From: a virus | Taxonomy: Duplodnaviria > Caudoviricetes | Strand: one strand, 5' to 3' | Virus record (IMG/VR): IMGVR_UViG_3300032272_000039 | Span: 1 to 39,324 of that record | Length of the DNA stretch: 39,324 bases | In this document: positions 33,910-39,324 of the stretch, piece by piece | Numbering within the stretch: the stretch's first letter is position 1 | Layout: each line of letters starts with the position of its first letter | Program-made: the position numbers and the translations under genes | Notes under the pieces: generated by a model | Database searches by the model: none | Told to the model about the DNA's origin: nothing | What the model saw: only the letters and a program-made list of their open reading frames with translations

Positions 33910-34770
33910 TTAGGTCACGACGTTGCTTGTGCTGTATTGAACCCCCACATGAGAGATAACGAGCTTTTGGTCACTTAGAGGATAGCTCGCTATGAAGTGA
34001 GTAGGGAACCCCATAACTCCGCTCGATGGTCTCCAGTTGGTTCCGGTTACTGCCGCGCCGTTTATGGTTTTGGTCGTGAGTTCGTTAGATGCTGGAATCG
34101 AAGTCTTTGGAGAATTTGGGTCAAGATCGGTCGCGATGTTGAAAGTATCGAGATTGAAAGATCCTCGATTATTCCAGAAATCCAAATAAACGGATTCATC
34201 AGTCAGGTCAGAGTAAACGCTCAAAACCTTTGTGTCAGTTGGCCCGAATGTTGAGTTTGCACCGATTGCCCATAAAGCCGATGGATCTCTTGGGCTTTCG
34301 CCTGCTGAGCTTAGACTTGCTGCGGTTCCAAGTGTTCCATCAGCCTCGAAGAGATTCAGGTAAAAATCGTCACTTGAAAAATCAGTGTTCCTTGATGGTT
34401 CTGCGTAATCCCCATCTGAAAGCATAACGGCTGTTTTTGCACCTGATGGACTGAACCCATTTTTTTTCACCGCTCCAAATCCAAAGAAATCCTTATAGAG
34501 AACCCACTCATTTGCCGCTGTCGCATCTCCATCTGGATCTGAAATGTGATTTGCATCAAACTTGAATCCCCAATAGTGCGAAACGTCCCAAGTTAAAGTC
34601 GTTACTGTGTCGGCGTCGGCAATTGATTCGTACCATGCTCGAACGATGTAAATCGCCTTGTCTGTTCCCGATGGTGGCGTTGATAGAGGGATCGCGACCC
34701 TAGACCAGCCTGTTCCATCGTTCGCAAGCTCCCAATTTCCTGTCGCTCCGTTATAGCTGCTTGTGCTCAT
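33910..34770 (-). CDS. Hypothetical tail-associated protein
   Basis: 286-aa beta-rich ORF inside the tail tip module. Confidence 0.7.
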   Translation of the reverse strand: MSTSSYNGATGNWELANDGTGWSRVAIPLSTPPSGTDKAIYIVRAWYESIADADTVTTLTWDVSHYWGFKFDANHISDPDGDATAANEWVLYKDFFGFGAVKKNGFSPSGAKTAVMLSDGDYAEPSRNTDFSSDDFYLNLFEADGTLGTAASLSSAGESPRDPSALWAIGANSTFGPTDTKVLSVYSDLTDESVYLDFWNNRGSFNLDTFNIATDLDPNSPKTSIPASNELTTKTINGAAVTGTNWRPSSGVMGFPTHFIASYPLSDQKLVISHVGVQYSTSNVVT

Positions 34771-34771
34771 A

Positions 34772-35365
34772 TTATGTTGCCCCCGTTGTTCCTGTTGCCG
34801 TGCTTAAATCGAGAAAAACACCCGATCCGTAAATGTATAAAATTGCCTCACCATCTGCCCCGGTTAGATCCAGGTTTCCCGCGAATCCAGGAACGTAACT
34901 CACCGCTGAACCCATTGCGAAAACCAGCTCCATGAATTTTGATTGAGTGCTTAGCGAATCCGTAAGGGTTAGAAATGCTGATATGCTGGCGATTACGTCC
35001 GGTGCCCAGACCTCCAGTTTTGCCGTTACCTCCCAATCGTTGCGACCTGAGAGATAAGAATAATTGAACTCACCGCCTACGAATTTCGCAGTGTTGGTTT
35101 TGAGCCCGTCGCCAAAAGCCAGATCAATGTCGAAGATTTCAGAACCATTTGAAAGATCGGTCGTGTACCATTCCCGAAAGTCCTCCATCTCCGAATCCGA
35201 ATAAATGAATGAAACTGAAACCGTGTAAATCATGGTCTCACTTCGACGCCTGCGGTAATAGAGCGCATCATCTGAATCCGTTCGCACAGAATCGCTTGCA
35301 ACTCCATAAGAGAAGCTTCCGATTTCCGCCTTGGGAAGTGTCGATGGGTATGTTTCGTCAGCCAT
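34772..35365 (-). CDS. Distal tail protein (gpM-like), second copy with C-terminal extension
   Basis: YPSTLP...VRTDSD...RRR...FREWYTTDLSNGSEIFDIDLAFGDG...WEVTAKLEV. Confidence 0.7.
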   Translation of the reverse strand: MADETYPSTLPKAEIGSFSYGVASDSVRTDSDDALYYRRRRSETMIYTVSVSFIYSDSEMEDFREWYTTDLSNGSEIFDIDLAFGDGLKTNTAKFVGGEFNYSYLSGRNDWEVTAKLEVWAPDVIASISAFLTLTDSLSTQSKFMELVFAMGSAVSYVPGFAGNLDLTGADGEAILYIYGSGVFLDLSTATGTTGAT

Positions 35366-35730
35366 TAGACAATCGTTTCAACCTCCAGCCTTGCCGATAC
35401 GGTCCAATGAAAAGAGCCCCGCATCGATACCTTGTAATCACCCACGAAAGACGCCTGAACCCGCTGGCAACCCGTGCCGCCAAAAGGAAGATCAAGCAGG
35501 AAAGGAAGTTCTCCTGAACGAGTACCAAACTTGTAAAAACCATTGAACCAATTCAATTCAGCATCCGTAAGCTCCCACTGGACGCTTACTTGCCGAATCC
35601 TCTTCGACCACCGTAAGCGCTGCCGACTCCGGCCCGTGTCCATAACCGTCCGGCGTATCGGTGCCTCAGGCTTCACGCTGTACGCCTGAGAGGGCTCGGG
35701 GAAGAAACTAGGGATCAAGTAAAAGCTCAT
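35365..35730 (-). CDS. Distal tail protein (gpM-like)
   Basis: IRRTVMDTGRSRQR...WFNGFY...FLLDLPFG...WTVSARLEV; directly after the tape measure gene. Confidence 0.8.
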   Translation of the reverse strand: MSFYLIPSFFPEPSQAYSVKPEAPIRRTVMDTGRSRQRLRWSKRIRQVSVQWELTDAELNWFNGFYKFGTRSGELPFLLDLPFGGTGCQRVQASFVGDYKVSMRGSFHWTVSARLEVETIV

Positions 35731-37592
35731 CGTCTCTCTCTCGCAAACGCCGTTTTAAACGCTCTGCTTGTCGGTCCGTCTCCTCTGCTCAAGTCCTGGT
35801 TGATGGTAGACACGGCGCCGCTTATCGCTCGCTGCGTTACCTGGATGATCAATTGCCCGTTGTCGTCTTGCTCTGCTGTTACGCTTGCCTCGCTGAAGGT
35901 GTTTTGAATGACGACATTCATGCCTGATCCGCCGCCGTTCGCCTGTTTGAACAGATTCGCCTGCTGCATACGGTTCAGGATCATCTCTCCGCTGTTGACG
36001 TTTGCTTGCTGCGTATCGCCTGAAAACGAAGAGCCGGGAACAATGCCTCCGCTTGCGTAATTGCCGACGCCTTTGATTCGTTGCACATTCGCAAGCGTCT
36101 CGGCGGTAGTGAATGCTACGGCTGGAATATTTGCAGGAAAAGGAGCTGATCCCCAAGCTTGCTGAACCGCCTTGACCCCCTGAATGGTAGCGTCTGCAAT
36201 TGCCAAACCTCGGCTCAATTTGAAGAGATTCGAATTTCCGTCTTTTGCGATTGTGAAAAGATCGCTGTAAAAGTTCTGACGCTGAATAAGCTTCTCTTGC
36301 TGGATTCGCTCTTCAGCTTCCTTTAGCCTTTGAGCAGTTCTGATTTCGATTTCAGCGTCTTTCTGAATTTGTGAAACAAGCTTCGTTCTCTCGTCTTGGA
36401 GTTTGTTGAGCTGGTCAATCTCAGTCTGAGCGTTCGCGAATTTACCCGCAAAAAGTTTCTCTTCAATAGCTATTTCTTCCTCTGCTATCTGGATCATCCT
36501 TTCCCGCGCTGGAAGGTATTTACTCAAAATAGCCTGCTCCTGATCGGCTACGGCCTGAGCTCCGATGATTCGCTTTTCATTCAACGCATTCAGATCATTT
36601 TTTTCAGTATCAGCTAATTTCTTACGTTCAAGGGCTACGGCCAACTCTTTTAAAGATGTTACGATTCCCGCCTCTGTCGCTTTGCGGCCCTCATCCCTGA
36701 TTCCAGTAATACTTCTCTCCTTAACCTCAATCACGCTGTAAAGTGCGTCCAGGTCTGCGACGGTCGGCAGTATGTCAGAATCAAAAAGCTTAGACTCAAG
36801 GGCTAATCTTCTCTGCGTTTCAGTGAGACCATTTAAAGCACTGGTAAGACCACCCAAAACTGATCCGATACCGTCACCAATTCCTCCATCAGCGATTGCT
36901 GTCGTGAACTGAAACCACGCATCAGAAAGTAATGAGAGCTGCCCGTTTATCGTGTCCATCTGAGCCGCCATCGAGCCCGCGAATTGCACATCTCCCAAAT
37001 CCTGAAGAAAGGCTTCAATCTCTGCAGCGTTGTTTCCGATCTCGGTTGTGATCCCCTGGAATGTGAACTTTACCCGGTCCCCTTCTTGGCTCGCTCTGAT
37101 ACCAAATTCTTTAAGCCTCTCAAATTCCTTGGTTGTAGCATCTGCGACCGCCTGAATGAATTGATCAAGAGTCTTTCCCATCGCAGCCGCCGTGTTTCCA
37201 TAGCTGAGCAATGCGTCCTCTGAGGGATCGAGCCCTAAGTTTTTGAGAGTAATGAACGCCTGCGTGATCTCCTCAAGCGTATTGGGCATTTCCTTGGCTG
37301 TGTTCTGAAGCTGAGCGAACGCAATATCTGCGCCCTCCGCTGAACCAACTGCCGTATTCAATTGAGCGTTTAATTTCTGGAACGTCCTCAGATTGTTAAA
37401 GGTAGACCAAAGAGCCGCCGTTGCTCCCGCCGCAAGACCAACCTTGCCCGCAAGTGCAGCGAATGAACCGCCAAGCTTACTCGTAGCCTTGTCTGCCTTC
37501 CTGGAGGTTGTGTTGAATCGCTTAAGGTCCTTGTCGGCCTTAACCACGCGATTGCTGTTAACCTTAATTGTAAGTTCTGCTACGTCTGGCAT
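35727..37592 (-). CDS. Tape measure protein
   Basis: 621 aa, helical; SYGNTAAAMGK...AVADA..EFERLKEFGI; YASGGIVPG...GEMILN C-terminus. Confidence 0.93.
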   Translation of the reverse strand: MPDVAELTIKVNSNRVVKADKDLKRFNTTSRKADKATSKLGGSFAALAGKVGLAAGATAALWSTFNNLRTFQKLNAQLNTAVGSAEGADIAFAQLQNTAKEMPNTLEEITQAFITLKNLGLDPSEDALLSYGNTAAAMGKTLDQFIQAVADATTKEFERLKEFGIRASQEGDRVKFTFQGITTEIGNNAAEIEAFLQDLGDVQFAGSMAAQMDTINGQLSLLSDAWFQFTTAIADGGIGDGIGSVLGGLTSALNGLTETQRRLALESKLFDSDILPTVADLDALYSVIEVKERSITGIRDEGRKATEAGIVTSLKELAVALERKKLADTEKNDLNALNEKRIIGAQAVADQEQAILSKYLPARERMIQIAEEEIAIEEKLFAGKFANAQTEIDQLNKLQDERTKLVSQIQKDAEIEIRTAQRLKEAEERIQQEKLIQRQNFYSDLFTIAKDGNSNLFKLSRGLAIADATIQGVKAVQQAWGSAPFPANIPAVAFTTAETLANVQRIKGVGNYASGGIVPGSSFSGDTQQANVNSGEMILNRMQQANLFKQANGGGSGMNVVIQNTFSEASVTAEQDDNGQLIIQVTQRAISGAVSTINQDLSRGDGPTSRAFKTAFARERR

Positions 37593-37939
37593 CAGTTCTT
37601 ACCCGCCTTTCTGTGGTATCGGTTTTGCGCTGTTCTTAATTCTCGGTCTAACATTATCAATGCCCTGCTTTCGTATGGCTTCAAATCGCGTCCCGTAAGT
37701 TGCGCCCATGCCTGAATTTCTAAATATGTAAGTGTTTCGCTAGGAGAAATCTCAAAGAACCACTGAAGCAAATATTCCGCTTCTCTGGGTAATGGAATTT
37801 CTTTTGCAAGTAGTCCTGCTGGTTTGCCGATTTTCTCCGAAACAAATTCCAACTCTTTGCGCTCCGAAATCTCAGGATTGGATGTCGAAGGCATATCGAG
37901 TTGAAAGCGGATTTTAACATGCTCGTTTAATTCTAGGAT
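37592..37939 (-). CDS. Tail assembly chaperone, frameshifted T segment
   Basis: The -1 frame is open from the A9 run (ILELNEHVKIRFQLDMPS...) through LTYLEIQAWAQLTG. Confidence 0.8.
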   Translation of the reverse strand: MLELNEHVKIRFQLDMPSTSNPEISERKELEFVSEKIGKPAGLLAKEIPLPREAEYLLQWFFEISPSETLTYLEIQAWAQLTGRDLKPYESRALIMLDRELRTAQNRYHRKAGKN

Positions 37940-38379
37940 TTTTTTTTAATAAACTGAGTGCGATCATAAATCACATCGTCGATTTCCTTCATCAACTGAG
38001 GCGCTTTATCGAGCAGTTTTACAACGTTCTCAAATGTGAATGCAACATCGTTGCCGTCGTTGTCCCGCATGTTCCAATCCAGCACACAAGACGCCTTAAG
38101 CTCCGTTACCTTGCCTAGGTGTATGCTTTGAGCTTCATCGTCCTCAAGCCCCTTGTAAGCGGTCATAGCATAGCGATCAAGCTTTGTCTTGGCCTGTGTG
38201 TAGACATCAGAATCGACGCCAGCAACGAGAAGCCAGAAATCCGACTTCTTGCCATCCGGCCAATAAAGCGGAACCTTAACGCCTTCGTTTGCTGCGTCCT
38301 TGGTGTAGAAATCCTCAAGCCCTAAGCTCTTAGATTTCGCTTTCTCTGCTGGTTTGGCTTCTGTTGCTGTTTCGCTCAT
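37933..38379 (-). CDS. Tail assembly chaperone G
   Basis: ANEGV...VAGVDSD...VLDWN...FTFENV; ends ATT AAA AAA AAA TCC TAG. Confidence 0.85.
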   Translation of the reverse strand: MSETATEAKPAEKAKSKSLGLEDFYTKDAANEGVKVPLYWPDGKKSDFWLLVAGVDSDVYTQAKTKLDRYAMTAYKGLEDDEAQSIHLGKVTELKASCVLDWNMRDNDGNDVAFTFENVVKLLDKAPQLMKEIDDVIYDRTQFIKKKS

Positions 38380-38386
38380 AAATGGA

Positions 38387-39324
38387 TTATGCGTCTAGTT
38401 TACCGATGAGGAGAGCTGACCCGGCAGTGCTATCGTAAAGAAGTCTTAGCTCTGAATCGATAGTCCCGTTCACTTCGCCGCCTACGTCCGGCTGACCGCT
38501 GTTAACCTTAACCTTTGGGGCAAAGATCGCAAACGTGTTACCAGCTGCGTCAACGAGGTTTTGAGTAACCGTGATTTCAGTCTCATCCAGAAACGCATTT
38601 AGCAAGGTGTCGTTATCGAAATAAGAGCTCATGCTTGCCGTCACTTCAGCCTGACCGATTCCCGGCTCTGCGGTTGTGTCGGAGCATACGTTGAATTTTG
38701 CCTCTAGCCCATTGTTCAAGTTGACCGTAAATGCCGTAACGATCCCTGTTTTCACGCCGCTCACTCTTACGCATCCATCGAACGAAACAAATGGCTCTGT
38801 TGTCGTGGCGTTGCCGAAGGTGGCGGATGCGGGCGCGCTTGCGCTTGAGGTTTCGTTCTTTTCGATCCATCCAATGCTCCCGGTTATAATTGCGTCAAGT
38901 CCTGTGGTCAGGCTGAGCGTGTTGATGCTTGATCCTGGATAAAGCTGATACCGCCCGGCTGTCAAATCTGCGAAATCTCTGATGAGCGAAAATGACGTGC
39001 GAGTAACGCCGATCTTAAGAGTCTCCATCGGTGAGATTGTCACCGTAGCTGCCGCTGCCTCTGAAGTGAGGTCAATTCCGTCAACCGTGATAGATCCCGC
39101 CGCCGCTGCCGTAATCATGCCAACGCCGTTGTTATCTGCGGTATCAAAGCCCTCTACCTTCACAAGCTCACCAGCAACGAAGGAGCCGAATCCGCTTCCG
39201 CTGTCGTCAATTGTGTTTCCGGTGGAATCGGCTGAAATCGTGGTTGCTGTTACGGGAGAAGCAGGAGTTGAGAAGGTGCTTCCAAATGCTGCCTCCAAAA
39301 GATCCTCATACGTATTGTAAGAGA
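38387..39324 (-). CDS. Major tail tube protein, 3' part
   Basis: Continuation of the ORF starting at 400; LNNGLE and YFDNDTLLNAFL motifs. Confidence 0.9.
   Translation of the reverse strand, partial: SYNTYEDLLEAAFGSTFSTPASPVTATTISADSTGNTIDDSGSGFGSFVAGELVKVEGFDTADNNGVGMITAAAAGSITVDGIDLTSEAAAATVTISPMETLKIGVTRTSFSLIRDFADLTAGRYQLYPGSSINTLSLTTGLDAIITGSIGWIEKNETSSASAPASATFGNATTTEPFVSFDGCVRVSGVKTGIVTAFTVNLNNGLEAKFNVCSDTTAEPGIGQAEVTASMSSYFDNDTLLNAFLDETEITVTQNLVDAAGNTFAIFAPKVKVNSGQPDVGGEVNGTIDSELRLLYDSTAGSALLIGKLDA
39139..39324. repeat. Terminal direct repeat, copy 2
   Basis: Matches 1-186 with two substitutions. Confidence 0.97.

Noticed and set aside
39139-39324. Physical terminal repeat of the virion DNA
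   Set aside because: It falls mid-gene and the terminase looks like a headful type; an assembly overlap is simpler.

Overview
The window is a complete, circularly permuted siphovirus-type phage genome of about 39,138 bp; positions 1-186 recur at 39139-39324 with two synonymous differences. The minus strand carries a ParB-MTase, terminase, portal, a block of fibre-like and membrane genes, a gpF-like minor head protein, scaffold, capsid, neck and a lambda-like tail, plus many small accessory genes and an RNA ligase. The plus-strand arm (21.6-29.2 kb) has RecT, a YqaJ exonuclease, a VRR-NUC protein and hypotheticals. I recognise no integrase, repressor, DNA polymerase or endolysin. Two things stand out. 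(1) An integron-type array at 15687-17935 has an attI-like simple site followed by seven cassettes, each closed by a well-formed attC-like site whose cores match cassette by cassette; all cassette ORFs run antisense to the canonical orientation and no integrase is encoded. (2) The minor head gene is fractured by a split intein starting with Ala, with a Vsr/DUF559-like endonuclease gene lying codon-aligned on the opposite strand between and over the two halves. All family assignments come from motif recognition by eye, not from database searches.
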